Counted from the first letter of the stretch, positions 57,767-64,000 are shown. The stretch is DNA of 64,000 bases from Octopus vulgaris (GCA_951406725.2 OX597829.1:20088001-20152000), one strand, 5' to 3'. The notes: generated from the sequence alone by a model not told the origin. A program made the numbers and translations.

Positions 57767-60719
57767 TGACAGGCTTCTTTCAGTTTCCTTCTACCAAATC
57801 CACTCACAAGGCTTTGGTTGACCCGAGGCTATAGTAGACATTTGCCCAAAGTGTCACGCAGTGGGGCTGAACCTGGAATCATGTGGTTGAGAAGTGAGCT
57901 TTTTGCCACACAGCAACGCCTGCGCCATTACCTTTTCTCTAGATTTCCAGGAGTCCTAACCCTCTAATATTGAAATATCAGGATTAATTTCTTTTTATGT
58001 ATAACTTATATTGTTTTAGCTTTATAAAAAGAAATATTTAAAACATACATATCAGACAAAGCTTCATGAAAACAATACTACTCTGTTAATATCATTTATT
58101 TAAAAAATATTAGAAGCTAATTCATAATTTAGTTCAAATACCTAAGAATTACCAACTGCTATATTTTTAATCAGTTTCATTGGTACTAAATGCCAATTTT
58201 ATTGATCTTGAATTTGAACTTGTAACATAAGTAACTTAACTAAATTCAGTTTACTTTCCATTCAGTGTCTTATTGTTTTTCATTCTAAATTTTAAAAAAG
58301 ACTGGAATTTTTGTAGTTTAATTATATTAATTTCTTTACTAAGTAGCATGATTGAGATCAATCATCAACAATTGGGATCAAAGCTAGATTTCGATCTGCT
58401 TACCATGAGCTTATTTCTTATCTGGAGACTCTTTTTAAGTTTTATTTTTTTTCCCTTTTTTTATTTTTCAGGAAGTCACATTAGATAATGTTGAAGAATA
58501 TGTGACCCTTGTAACTGATTTTTGTTTCAACACAGGAATTCAGCGACAGATGGAAGCCTTTAAAAGTAATTTGAAATATTCTAGTTTTTTTTTTTTTTTC
58601 TTTAAACCATACTAACATGGATTAGGCAAGACTTGGTGAAGTAATTTTTCTGTTGACTGTTGCTAGCTCTTATTTGTTTCCCTTACCTTTTAAATCACGA
58701 ACTGCTCAACATCTCGGCATGTTTTAGCAGTAAATATAATAATTGACAAAACACAGGAGTCTCTGTCCAATTTCCATCTATCAATTTCACATGCAAGACA
58801 TTGGTCAACCTTAGGTTTTATAAATATATGTGTGAGATGTATTGGTATCCAGAAGACCCAAGGTGGCAAGTAAGGCTATGTAGGGGCTACGGGAGAACCA
58901 TAGTTACTTCTCGGTTTGATAATAATGTGAGTGAGGAGTCTAATGTGTGTCTTGTGTGTGCATGTATATGTTAAATAAAATGAGACAACAAAACCAAGGC
59001 TGTGTGAATTTATAGGATATTTATAAAGAGAGAGTTAATCTTACAGCTGTTTCTGGGATATTATGGATATCCCTTTATCAGAGACAATATGAGAGAGTTA
59101 ACTAGAGGGAAATAGTTCAATATAAGGAGTTATATCGAACTCTACTATTTTTAATGGTCCTTTAAATTCCTCACAGCCTTGGTTTTGTTGTCTCATTTTC
59201 TTTAATTATATATATATATCATCATCATCGTTTAATGTCCGCTTTCCATGCTAGCATGGGTTGGACGGCTCAACTGGGGTCTGGGGAGCCCGAAGGCTGC
59301 ACCAGGCCAGTCAGATCTGGCAGTGTTTCTACAGCTGGATGCCCTTCCTAACGCCAACCACTCCAAGAGTGTAGTGGGTGATTTTATGTGCTACCGACAC
59401 AGGTGCCAGACGAAGCTGGCAATATAATATATATATATATATATATATATTGAAGCGAACTTCATAACTACAGCAAAATCTATACCACAAACAAAAATAA
59501 CTTTTTAATAGAATTGGTATTGATTTGTGTCCTAGTTTTTTTTATTCCATTATGATATGCATCAAGGCTGCTACACATGGACAAACCTGTATTAGATAGC
59601 ACACCTGTTGTTTATCTAAGCATATAAATGGCATAATTTATGATTAGTCTAGTACAGTTGTCCATCTCCTGAACCAAGAATGGAGATTGGCTCTCAGCCT
59701 GCTGGAAATTGATGCAAAGTTTCCTTCAAAACACATCCTGTCAACAGAGGAAGAACATGGGGGGGGGGCTGTGGTGCTAGATATCCATAAAAAAAAATTA
59801 CTCTCCCATTGTATCTACATAAACAGTTCAAAATACATTATTTTGCCAATCAAGGAATTGATTTTTTTTATATACTTTTGGCTAATTTGCCTTCCTAAAA
59901 TGTGATCTGGTCAAAATTTCTGGACACTAAAATAGATCAACTGCCATGGCTGCCTCTCAAATAGCTTCTACACATAGAGGGGGTACAGTGTAGTATGGTA
60001 CTATATTGATGAGTGTAGCATAATGAGTATATGTAAGAATTGACTTCCAAATGTTTGATCAAATATCTTTCTCATAGGTTGTTTTGTTGGAGCTAGTTGG
60101 TGCTCTGCAGTTATTTAATCCACACGTTTTTTTTAACCTAACAACTATTCAATTTTAGATGGATTTGATCTGGTTTTCTCTATGGAAAAATTATTATTCA
60201 ACCCTATGGAGTTGTCATCCTTACTTTGTGGTGACCAAGCACCAACATGGACAAAAGAAGATATACTAAATTACACAGAGCCAAAACTAGGCTATACAAA
60301 AGATAGGTCAGTTTTTTTTTTTTTTTCACATTTTTAATTTTTTACTTTCCCAATTTTATACATTTTAATTTAAACTATTGCATGTTTTAAATACAATTAC
60401 TTCCAATAGCTATTTTTTTTTTTCCTTTTTTTGTAGCCCTGGATTCCAAAGATTTATTAATGTCTTATTAATGCTGACGTCTGATGAAAGAAAATCATTC
60501 CTGCAGTTCACTACCGGTTGTTCTTCTTTGCCACCAGGTGGCTTGGCTAACCTGCATCCAAGGTTGACTGTTGTTCGTAAAGTAGATGGAAATGATAATA
60601 GTTATCCATCTGTGAATACGTGTGTCCATTATTTGAAATTACCAGAGTATTCTACAGAAGAAATATTAAAGGAACGTTTGCTGATAGCAACAAGAGAAAA
60701 GGGGTTCCACTTGAACTGA
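839..60719 (+). CDS. HECTD1: E3 ubiquitin-protein ligase HECTD1 (Ufd4-like), 5'-partial multi-exon gene; 43 coding exons traced
   Basis: Spliced translation gives [17 protein letters not shown]..., [21 protein letters not shown] (ankyrin), [17 protein letters not shown] (SUN-like), [17 protein letters not shown] (MIB/HERC2), [17 protein letters not shown] and [16 protein letters not shown]...GFHLN* (HECT with catalytic Cys). All introns are GT-AG and exon phases join in frame. The start-codon exon is not in the window. Confidence 0.97.
2279..2503. mobile_element. piggyBac-like MITE, same family
   Basis: TTAA-CCTTTAGCATT ... AATGCTAAAAGG-TTAA; further copies at 2842-3053 (opposite orientation) and about 15905-16071. 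Confidence 0.8.
3195..3551 (+). mobile_element. tRNA-derived octopus-type SINE (family A), diverged
   Basis: Head ATAGGTGCAGG..GCTGT, core CCTGGGCAAGT/GGATTTGGTAGA, tail GACT(C)AAACAAGTAAAA shared with other copies. Confidence 0.75.
4705..5092. repeat. Diverged ~225-bp direct duplication within a G/A-rich repeat
   Basis: GCAATGATACA..CAGGGCC..AGGACA.GATT.GGGAGTG..GCATAGTG.ATGAAG..GGAAAT.TGAGGAAGAGA..TGGTTTGTTG.GGTAG..GTGTGGGTGG.ACAC occurs at about 4706 and 4930. Confidence 0.7.
5363..5672 (-). mobile_element. SINE family A
   Basis: GTTTCAGTCATTTGACTGTGGCCATGCTGGAGCACC...CTTGCCCAAGGTGCC...CTTACCACACA. Confidence 0.8.
6559..7150 (+). mobile_element. SINE family A with a nested (CAT)-tailed SINE fragment (about 6720-6915)
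   Basis: Family A head and tail separated by a GGAAGAGCACCCAGCT...CCTATGCCACCATGG...AAACAATGAT segment. Confidence 0.7.
7559..7665 (+). pseudogene. Probable Helitron Rep/helicase remnant
   Basis: A frame reads [25 protein letters not shown], resembling the Helitron DDxHWDxTLEEA..xQxRxLFA segment (recalled); QGQ*LK follows in another frame. Confidence 0.4.
8580..8775 (+). mobile_element. SINE family B
   Basis: GGCAGAAACGTTAGC...GAGTTCAAATTC (B-box-like)...TTTCATCCTT..GGGTCAATAAATTAAGTAC...CCCCAAAATTTC; related copies at about 50740-50865 (+), 50895-51085 (-), 56160-56270 (+), 62960-63150 (-). Confidence 0.75.
10315..10638 (+). mobile_element. SINE family A
   Basis: GGCTGTGTGGTAAG...GGTTCAGTCC...TTGGGCAAGTGTCTTC...ATGACTGAAA. 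Confidence 0.8.
11277..11507 (+). CDS. HECTD1: HECTD1 exon 2, [10 protein letters not shown]...KHEDPF
   Basis: cttcag|GTG ... TTT|gtaagt; 231 nt, phase 0-0. Confidence 0.95.
11845..12063. mobile_element. Mariner-like MITE
   Basis: TA-flanked imperfect TIRs TATGAGGGGATGTTGAAAAGTT / AACTTTTCAGTGCCCCCTCATA. Confidence 0.7.
13016..13353 (+). CDS. HECTD1: HECTD1 exon 3, [16 protein letters not shown]...GDE(R)
   Basis: ttccag|GTG ... AG|gttagt. Confidence 0.95.
13822..14134. mobile_element. Foldback of two inverted ~145-bp Penelope-like terminal repeats, each with a degenerate hammerhead motif
   Basis: Arms 13822-13965 and 13991-14134 are near-reverse complements; CAC-CTGATGA-A-GGCTG..CAGCC-GAAA-(C/T)GTT-GTG consensus at 13877-13918 (-) and 14038-14079 (+); ACAGAAATAGAATA duplicated at 13782 and 14129. 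Confidence 0.7.
15046..15868 (-). pseudogene. Decayed Tc1/mariner-superfamily (maT/DD37D-like) transposon
   Basis: Minus-strand peptides [27 protein letters not shown] and [14 protein letters not shown] match the DDD-domain motifs (QDxAPxH, WPPxSPDLNP); contains stops and frameshifts. Confidence 0.8.
16626..16873 (+). CDS. HECTD1: HECTD1 exon 4, [25 protein letters not shown]...DALIEAVDN
   Basis: tttcag|A ... G|gtatac; phase-consistent with neighbours. Confidence 0.93.
17860..18197 (+). mobile_element. SINE family C ((GAT)n-tailed)
   Basis: GGCATTAGGAAGGGCATCCAGCTGTAGAAAC...CCAACCCATGCCAGCATGGAAAGCGGAC; related copies at about 3986-4250 (-), 14895-15045 (+), 52580-52845 (+), 59218-59420 (-). 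Confidence 0.75.
20300..20520 (-). mobile_element. SINE family D
   Basis: GGCTGGATGCCCTT...AAGGTA...GGAAGATTGGAAACAA shared with about 8790-8980, 35650-35880 and the host of the 13.8-kb foldback. Confidence 0.65.
22499..22575 (+). CDS. HECTD1: HECTD1 exon 5, ankyrin [25 protein letters not shown]
   Basis: ttctag|GT ... ATG|gtatgt. Confidence 0.95.
23168..23266 (+). CDS. HECTD1: HECTD1 exon 6, ankyrin [14 protein letters not shown]...FGRPQIVK
   Basis: tgctag|GTT ... AAG|gttatt; 99 nt. Confidence 0.95.
23432..23555 (+). CDS. HECTD1: HECTD1 exon 7, ankyrin [26 protein letters not shown]...LQSP
   Basis: atttag|ACT ... G|gtaaat. Confidence 0.95.
24564..24753 (+). CDS. HECTD1: HECTD1 exon 8, EWMVPV...[11 protein letters not shown]...ISV(R)
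   Basis: ttctag|GT ... AG|gtaatt. Confidence 0.93.
24867..25008 (+). CDS. HECTD1: HECTD1 exon 9, [13 protein letters not shown]...ATVLDNE
   Basis: cttaag|G ... GAA|gtaagt. Confidence 0.93.
25834..25989 (+). CDS. HECTD1: HECTD1 exon 10, [11 protein letters not shown]...HFARLG...KEK
   Basis: ttgtag|GAA ... AAG|gtttgt; 156 nt. Confidence 0.93.
26209..26437 (+). CDS. HECTD1: HECTD1 exon 11, [17 protein letters not shown]...[15 protein letters not shown]...SDSS
   Basis: tttcag|GAG ... G|gtaagg. Confidence 0.95.
26542..26717 (+). CDS. HECTD1: HECTD1 exon 12, [13 protein letters not shown]...IHNSDGQQ
   Basis: ctacag|AA ... CAG|gtaaat. Confidence 0.93.
27103..27270 (+). CDS. HECTD1: HECTD1 exon 13, [28 protein letters not shown]...RMK
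   Basis: aaacag|CAA ... AAA|gtaatt; 168 nt. Confidence 0.93.
27722..27859 (+). CDS. HECTD1: HECTD1 exon 14, [13 protein letters not shown]...PRSIVARIK...QIK
   Basis: ttttag|GTA ... AAA|gtaagt; 138 nt. Confidence 0.9.
27937..28156. mobile_element. piggyBac-like MITE (TTAA target site)
   Basis: TTAA-CCCTTTAACATT ... AATGTTAAAGGG-TTAA terminal inverted repeats; ~212 bp. Confidence 0.85.
28223..28369 (+). CDS. HECTD1: HECTD1 exon 15, SPTGEVEW...[24 protein letters not shown]
   Basis: ttttag|TCC ... AAT|gtaatt; 147 nt. Confidence 0.9.
29193..29281 (+). CDS. HECTD1: HECTD1 exon 16, NVEDMQ...[14 protein letters not shown](G)
   Basis: ttgcag|AAT ... GG|gtgagt. Confidence 0.9.
29419..29530 (+). 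CDS. HECTD1: HECTD1 exon 17, [23 protein letters not shown]...GYGLQ
   Basis: tttcag|A ... CAG|gtaagt. Confidence 0.93.
30232..30366 (+). CDS. HECTD1: HECTD1 exon 18, [13 protein letters not shown]...LKMEPL...YLLKM
   Basis: ttttag|ATC ... ATG|gtaaga. Confidence 0.95.
30548..30690 (+). CDS. HECTD1: HECTD1 exon 19, [10 protein letters not shown]...[15 protein letters not shown](K)
   Basis: ctttag|GTT ... AA|gtaatt. Confidence 0.95.
31047..31190 (+). CDS. HECTD1: HECTD1 exon 20, SUN-like [14 protein letters not shown]...NCHTNDD(K)
   Basis: atacag|A ... AA|gtaaat. Confidence 0.95.
31203..31562 (-). mobile_element. SINE family A
   Basis: Reverse complement of family A with an internal (CA)n tract. 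Confidence 0.85.
31739..31819 (+). CDS. HECTD1: HECTD1 exon 21, [26 protein letters not shown](R)
   Basis: ttgcag|G ... AG|gtgagt. Confidence 0.95.
32424..32522 (+). CDS. HECTD1: HECTD1 exon 22, [14 protein letters not shown]...SLNEP(G)
   Basis: ttttag|A ... GG|gtaaga. Confidence 0.95.
33178..33341 (+). CDS. HECTD1: HECTD1 exon 23, STASWPI...[20 protein letters not shown]...DDI
   Basis: ttttag|A ... G|gtaagt. Confidence 0.95.
33590..33766 (+). CDS. HECTD1: HECTD1 exon 24, [15 protein letters not shown]...[17 protein letters not shown]...ELHN (MIB/HERC2)
   Basis: cttaag|GC ... G|gttagt. Confidence 0.95.
34331..34512 (+). CDS. HECTD1: HECTD1 exon 25, [24 protein letters not shown]...; 3' end may instead be 34434 or 34506
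   Basis: atttag|GC; three in-frame donors (AAG|gtgaga at 34434, AAA|gtaaag at 34506, AAG|gtattt at 34512). Confidence 0.85.
34957..35082 (+). CDS. HECTD1: HECTD1 exon 26, [14 protein letters not shown]...[18 protein letters not shown]
   Basis: atccag|GTG ... AAT|gtaagt; 126 nt, phase 0-0. Confidence 0.85.
36067..36390 (+). mobile_element. SINE family A, preceded head-to-head by a minus-strand 5' half at about 35895-36040
   Basis: GGTTCTGGGTTCAGT...CACCTTGGGCAAGT...ATGACTGAAACAAGTAA. Confidence 0.8.
37428..37839 (-). mobile_element. SINE family A, young CpG-rich copy; flanked by older minus-strand pieces (37258-37420, 37866-37990)
   Basis: Full length, intact CpGs, (CTCTTTTA)n tail. Confidence 0.9.
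38176..38549. mobile_element. Two tandem copies of the piggyBac-like MITE
   Basis: TTAACCCTTTAGCATT start; the internal CCATATCC..CC..ATATTCTG..TGGCCAGATCCAG unit repeats at about 38200 and 38360; ends AATGCTAAAGGG. Confidence 0.8.
40216..40362 (+). CDS. Candidate alternative (cassette) exon of HECTD1, 49 aa [49 protein letters not shown]
   Basis: ttgttctctttattgttacag| acceptor, GGG|gtgagc donor, 147 nt stop-free, phase 0-0 as the host intron requires, higher GC than flanks. Confidence 0.55.
45878..46103 (+). CDS. HECTD1: HECTD1 exon 27, [14 protein letters not shown]...EKRR
   Basis: tttaaag|GCT ... G|gtaagc; open frame in a variable linker. Confidence 0.85.
46173..46663. mobile_element. 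Non-autonomous DNA element with long imperfect TIRs and an 8-bp TSD
   Basis: GGTGGAATTCTGATTCAAGTATGCCAT / ATGGTGTACTTAAAGCAGAATTCCACC; flanks TACAAATC and CACAAATC; subterminal GAATTTTCAGAAAATTTT / AAAATTTTCTGAAAATTC. Confidence 0.75.
46913..47209 (+). CDS. HECTD1: HECTD1 exon 28, ...[10 protein letters not shown]...MESFA...GLVRLA
   Basis: tataag|GT ... A|gtaagt; MSVSVPNL motif. Confidence 0.88.
47696..47979 (+). CDS. HECTD1: HECTD1 exon 29, [10 protein letters not shown]...[18 protein letters not shown]...acidic tract
   Basis: ctttag|GT ... ATG|gtgagc. Confidence 0.92.
48222..48610 (+). mobile_element. SINE family A, full length
   Basis: ATAGGAGTGGCTGTGTGGTAAGTAGCTTGCT...GGTTCAGTCC (A/B-box-like)...GACTGAAACAAGTAAAAGAGTA. 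Confidence 0.9.
48640..49186. mobile_element. pogo/Tigger-like non-autonomous element
   Basis: TA-CAGTAATAC ... GCATTACTG-TA termini. Confidence 0.5.
49306..49462 (+). CDS. HECTD1: HECTD1 exon 30, [36 protein letters not shown]
   Basis: ttacag|GAA ... G|gtatgt. Confidence 0.95.
49604..49830 (-). mobile_element. SINE family A, diverged
   Basis: TTTTACTTGTTTTAGTCATGCTGGAGCACC...GGGCTTCTTTCAGTTTC..ACCAAATCC. Confidence 0.7.
51305..51393 (+). CDS. HECTD1: HECTD1 exon 31, SEDSS...[15 protein letters not shown]
   Basis: aattag|GT ... GGG|gtatgc. Confidence 0.88.
51623..51753 (+). CDS. HECTD1: HECTD1 exon 32, ...IFKYVQQL...[10 protein letters not shown]
   Basis: ttttag|ATG ... AT|gtatga. Confidence 0.92.
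52099..52150 (+). CDS. HECTD1: HECTD1 exon 33, [17 protein letters not shown]
   Basis: ttccag|A ... ACT|gtaagt. Confidence 0.9.
52913..53093 (+). CDS. HECTD1: HECTD1 exon 34, DCQSS...[13 protein letters not shown]...NIT
   Basis: ttttag|GAT ... G|gtaatt. Confidence 0.9.
53435..53475 (+). ncRNA. Minimal type-I hammerhead ribozyme motif (Penelope-like-element type)
   Basis: CCT-TTGACGA-GAACC-caataa-GGTTT-GAAA-A-TCGA-T-TA-AGG: stems I/II/III pair, palindromic loop III, one core change (C3U). Confidence 0.7.
53721..53800 (+). CDS. HECTD1: HECTD1 exon 35, ...[18 protein letters not shown]
   Basis: ttccag|AC ... CAG|gtaagt. Confidence 0.93.
54249..54376 (+). CDS. HECTD1: HECTD1 exon 36, [17 protein letters not shown]...[17 protein letters not shown](R)
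   Basis: tctaag|GAC ... AG|gtaaga. Confidence 0.95.
54532..54730 (+). CDS. HECTD1: HECTD1 exon 37, AIVWLQNKR...[12 protein letters not shown]...KSILE
   Basis: cttcag|A ... GAA|gtaagt. Confidence 0.95.
54971..55108 (+). CDS. HECTD1: HECTD1 exon 38, [22 protein letters not shown]...ERE
   Basis: ttgcag|ATT ... GAG|gtgaat. Confidence 0.95.
55313..55905 (+). CDS. HECTD1: HECTD1 exon 39, [18 protein letters not shown]...[15 protein letters not shown]...LEDL(G)
   Basis: ttttag|GTT ... GG|gtaatt; 593 nt open frame. Confidence 0.95.
56688..56766 (+). CDS. HECTD1: HECTD1 exon 40, [14 protein letters not shown]...PGGDEQ
   Basis: tgccag|C ... CAG|gtcagt. Confidence 0.94.
57010..57395 (+). mobile_element. 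SINE family A, full length
   Basis: Same head, core and tail as 48222-48610. Confidence 0.88.
57491..57926 (-). mobile_element. SINE family A, full length, inverted relative to 57010-57395
   Basis: Reverse complement of family A with an internal (TA)n(CA)n tract. Confidence 0.88.
57680..57765. repeat. (TA)n(CA)n microsatellite; other (TA)n tracts at about 10450, 18215, 32580, 36392, 50668, 59428
   Basis: Direct reading. Confidence 0.95.
58472..58565 (+). CDS. HECTD1: HECTD1 exon 41, [11 protein letters not shown]...[10 protein letters not shown]
   Basis: tttcag|GAA ... A|gtaatt. Confidence 0.94.
58971..59205 (-). mobile_element. Inverted-repeat-bounded Penelope-like element fragment carrying a hammerhead motif
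   Basis: ~45-bp inverted repeats at 58971-59017 and 59158-59205; the minus strand of 59039-59084 reads TCT-CTGATAA-A-GGGATAT-ccata-ATATCCC-A-GAAAC-AGCT-GTA-AGA. Confidence 0.65.
60159..60306 (+). CDS. HECTD1: HECTD1 exon 42, [11 protein letters not shown]...LCGDQ...[11 protein letters not shown](S)
   Basis: ttttag|AT ... AG|gtcagt. Confidence 0.94.
60437..60719 (+). CDS. HECTD1: HECTD1 last coding exon 43, HECT C-lobe with catalytic Cys ([14 protein letters not shown]) ending GFHLN*
   Basis: ttgtag|C; stop TGA at 60717-60719. Confidence 0.96.
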
Positions 60720-62100
60720 ACAAGAACTTTAAAAGGGCCCTATTACCAGTGTCTAAACTGTGCCAGTAAATACTGGTTTATTTAAAAACTGTACCAAATA
60801 AAAGGGACAACTGTCTGGCCCGTTGCTGAGATTTGGCAGATTTGATTTAGGATTAAGCAAATTTGGATCTTTCATACAGGAGAGAATTTTTCTAGTAAGT
60901 TGTTCAAGAAAGTTAAAAAAAAAAAAAGGAAAGAAAAAAAATCTGTGAAAACATTTTATTTATTTATTTATTTATCCCATTTTATTTTCCAGTCTATTTT
61001 GTGATCAACTTTCCAAAATTTTAATTGATTCCTTTATACTCAAATAGCATTTTTAAATGTAAAACAAGTTTTAATAAAGTCGAATTTCTCATAATTTCAG
61101 GTTAGTTTGGTAATGAATCCAGAGTTATATTTTCCTTTTTTTTCTTCTTTTTTTTTTTAGTATTGGATGCATTAAGACATTAATACAATTTTATGGACTT
61201 TGCAATAAGAGAAAATAAACTTTCATGTATGAATTTTGAATTTGTTCGTGAACAGTTAATTTCTCACATTCTTATTTATTCTCAATAATTTAACAAAGTA
61301 ACCAAAGAAATTTGGGGTGCAACTCTGGGAAGTTTTGCTTGATATCGGCATTTTTTTTATTATTCAAATTTAGGAAAATAATTTTAATCTTTTATATTTT
61401 TAAATAAATCTTAAAGTTAATCTTGTTATTGTAAGAAATATTTATCATTGTAGCATTTAAGCAAAATACATCTTAAAATTTCCACATAAGTTAATATATT
61501 TTGAGATGAAAAGCTACTTTAGTATCATCAATTCTTGATTGCCTTCTTTGAAACACATTAAGTTAATTTTAGTAAGTTCATAAAGCTAAATTGTTTCTAA
61601 TAAAACTATTTTCTTTAAACTTCATTTTCTTTTTGTAATGAAAGGTCATGAATTTTTCCTGTTCTATCAAGTTAATGTAAAATTGCTTGCTCAATACCAG
61701 CATTCAAATATTGGTGTAGTTGTCGTCTTTAATCTGCATCTTTTAAATGATATCTGCTTTCAAACAAGTTTAATCTTTTAGATCTCACCATCATCCCTCA
61801 CTTGTTCTGTATAATAAATGCTGCCTTTTTATTCATGCCATGATGCCTTTTGAAATATATATATACATATACATATATATATGTGTACATATATATATAT
61901 ATATTAACAACTCCAATTTTTGTCCATTTACTTGATCCAAAATTATTTCTGCATGATGGAAACCTTTTTGAGAGCTGTGCTCATGTCTCACAGTGAAGTA
62001 ATATGAATGTTATTGAAGGACTTTGACCAAAGCTGCCATATTAGAAAGGTCCCTTGTCCCATTTCAACCTTGAAACTAAAAGGATTTTGTATTTACAGTG
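60720..62100 (+). other. Probable HECTD1 3' UTR (end undetermined)
   Basis: Repeat-poor AT/U-rich sequence after the stop, with several AATAAA (about 60797, 61073, 61214, 61403). Confidence 0.5.
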
Positions 62101-62159
62101 TTGACTATTTTCATCTTCTTTCCTTGTGATATAAATGTGATATAAAATACATTTTCTGT

Positions 62160-62385
62160 TTAACCCTTCAGCATTCGTATTTCTCTGCCGAATGTAATGC
62201 TTATTTGTTCGTTGTTTTGAGTTAATCATGCATTAATCTTGTATCTTCAAGATTTCATGATGTGATTGGTTATTTTTAGAATTACATTGTAGGGTCAGTG
62301 TGACAGGTCAGATCTGACCAGTTTGAGCATAAAAAAGATAGAATAGTTGGGCCAGAAATGGCTGGTTTCAATGCTAAAGGGTTAA
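62160..62385. mobile_element. piggyBac-like MITE, same family
   Basis: TTAA-CCCTTCAGCATT ... AATGCTAAAGGG-TTAA. Confidence 0.85.
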
Positions 62386-64000
62386 AACAAATTTTTCCTT
62401 CAGACAAGTAAGATGAAACGCTTGAAATTTATAAATAAACTAGTCTAATTTCTTTAGAGAATTTACATATTATAAGTACAGTAAAAACCAAAAAACTGGG
62501 TGGAACGTTTTCTTTTCTTCTTTTTTTTTTAAACTTTCCAGGTTTAGAATAATTTGAGGCTTTATTATATTATCTTATATCCAGGTTTTTCTCTTTAATA
62601 TACATTTATGGAAGGGAACAAACACCTACAGCCTAAAATTAGTAAAATGTGCCAAGTTTTTCTTTTTTATTCAAATTGAATGGCAAAGAATGGATAATCT
62701 ACATGCCGTTATCAGTAAATGCCTGTTTTATAAATTATCATAGAATAAAGTAATGAATAATTTGTCTGTAACCTCTTGCAACCTCTTCACTTTTAATTTT
62801 TCAATTCTGTTTAGTCATCTGTGTGTATATCTCTATTTCAACAGATTGGTTAGTATAATGGTGATAGATGTCTTTGTAAGTCAATTAAATCATAAGATTA
62901 CTATGAACTGTTTGCTTTTTATTAAATTAAAATCTTTATTGGTTACTTGATACATATATTGGTTTCAAATTTTGGCACAAGGCCAGCAATTTTGGGGTAG
63001 GGGTAAGTTGGTTATATTGACACCCCACCTCCACCCCTGAAAGGATGAAAAATGGCAAAATCAACCCCTGTGACATTTTGAACTCAGAATGTGAAGTCGG
63101 TAGAAATGCTGCTAAGCATTTTGCAATGATTTTGCCAGCTTGTCACCTTACTTGATACATATATTAAACGGCATCTTGTAAGTCTTTTTACACTGTATAA
63201 CCTATAATGCTTTTTTAATCATAGCAATAATGGCCTAATACTTCAAATATAAACTGTTATTGAAAATATATATTTAAAAAAAAAAATTTATCAGAAGTTT
63301 TCAGTTTTAGTATGCTTTTCCAATATTATCTTAAAAACCATTTGACTTTTATAATCTTTATAATGGATATATTTATAGTTTGTCATTGAACAGTGGCCAA
63401 GCTGGATTACCAGCTTCAGAGATATAGTTAATTACATCAGCCAATGTACTTGATTTGTATTTAATCAACTTAGGAAAGATGAAAGTCAGTTGACCTGGAT
63501 GGGGTCAAGGAATGCAACCAAATAACAAGCTATTTTATTCACTCTACCCATTCTTCCAGACTCTGCCATCTAATATATATTCACACACATGAATACTATA
63601 TCTAGAGATATTAACTACTTTAAATTTGGGCAGGATATAGAGATGAAGAAAGAAAAGTTGCTTATTAAATTTTTTTGTACCTAAATTTAGGTGTGCCATT
63701 GAATGTCTACAGTGTGAAATATTGTGCCTGTATGCATGTGTGAATGTTTGCAAAAACACTTACTCTTGTTTTTATGATTAAATGGATTATGAACTTAGAT
63801 AATACATTGCCTCTTTAAAAATTTTGTGAATTAAAAAAAAAAAAATTTTTTTGATATAATTGTGAGTGAATTTCTTAGAGGGATTAGAGTAAGTAAACTG
63901 TTGCTCTTTTTTGCAGTATGACTGTTATCCCTTCTGTGCTTTGGTCAAAGAATAGTAAAGTTCCTTCAGTTCATTTTGTAATTCATATGTAATCCTTTTC

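Noticed and set aside
60717-60730. Stop-codon readthrough at the HECTD1 TGA
   Set aside because: The context TGA-ACA is not a readthrough motif, and HECT ligases need the conserved C-terminal Phe tail (GFHLN*).
1-64000. CRISPR arrays, rRNA, standalone tRNA genes, prokaryotic operons
   Set aside because: None seen; the tRNA-like A/B boxes belong to SINE heads, and the locus is a spliced eukaryotic gene.

Overview
AT-rich eukaryotic genomic DNA. The repeat landscape (tRNA-derived SINEs ending in GACTGAAACAAGTAAAAGA, TTAA-flanked MITEs, abundant (TA)n/(CA)n/(CAT)n) strongly suggests an octopus. Almost the whole window is one + strand gene, the HECT E3 ubiquitin ligase HECTD1 (Ufd4-like). I traced 43 GT-AG coding exons from 839 to the TGA at 60717-60719. 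Their phases are all consistent, giving about 2,435 codons in the order ARM repeats, ankyrin repeats, SUN/Sad1-UNC-like domain, MIB/HERC2 domain, low-complexity/acidic linker, HECT. The first coding exon lies upstream of the window. Introns carry SINEs, piggyBac-, mariner- and pogo-like MITEs, a decayed Tc1/mariner transposase and a probable Helitron scrap. Features worth a second look: (1) minimal type-I hammerhead-ribozyme motifs of the Penelope-like-element kind in three sequence-unrelated intronic elements, one of them on the pre-mRNA strand; (2) a frame-preserving candidate cassette exon at 40216-40362, plus weaker candidates, in the 10.8-kb intron; (3) a patchwork copy of an exon start in the next intron; (4) recursive-splice-like exon starts; (5) codons where A-to-I editing would restore conserved residues. 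Comparisons to human HECTD1 are from memory and need alignment.
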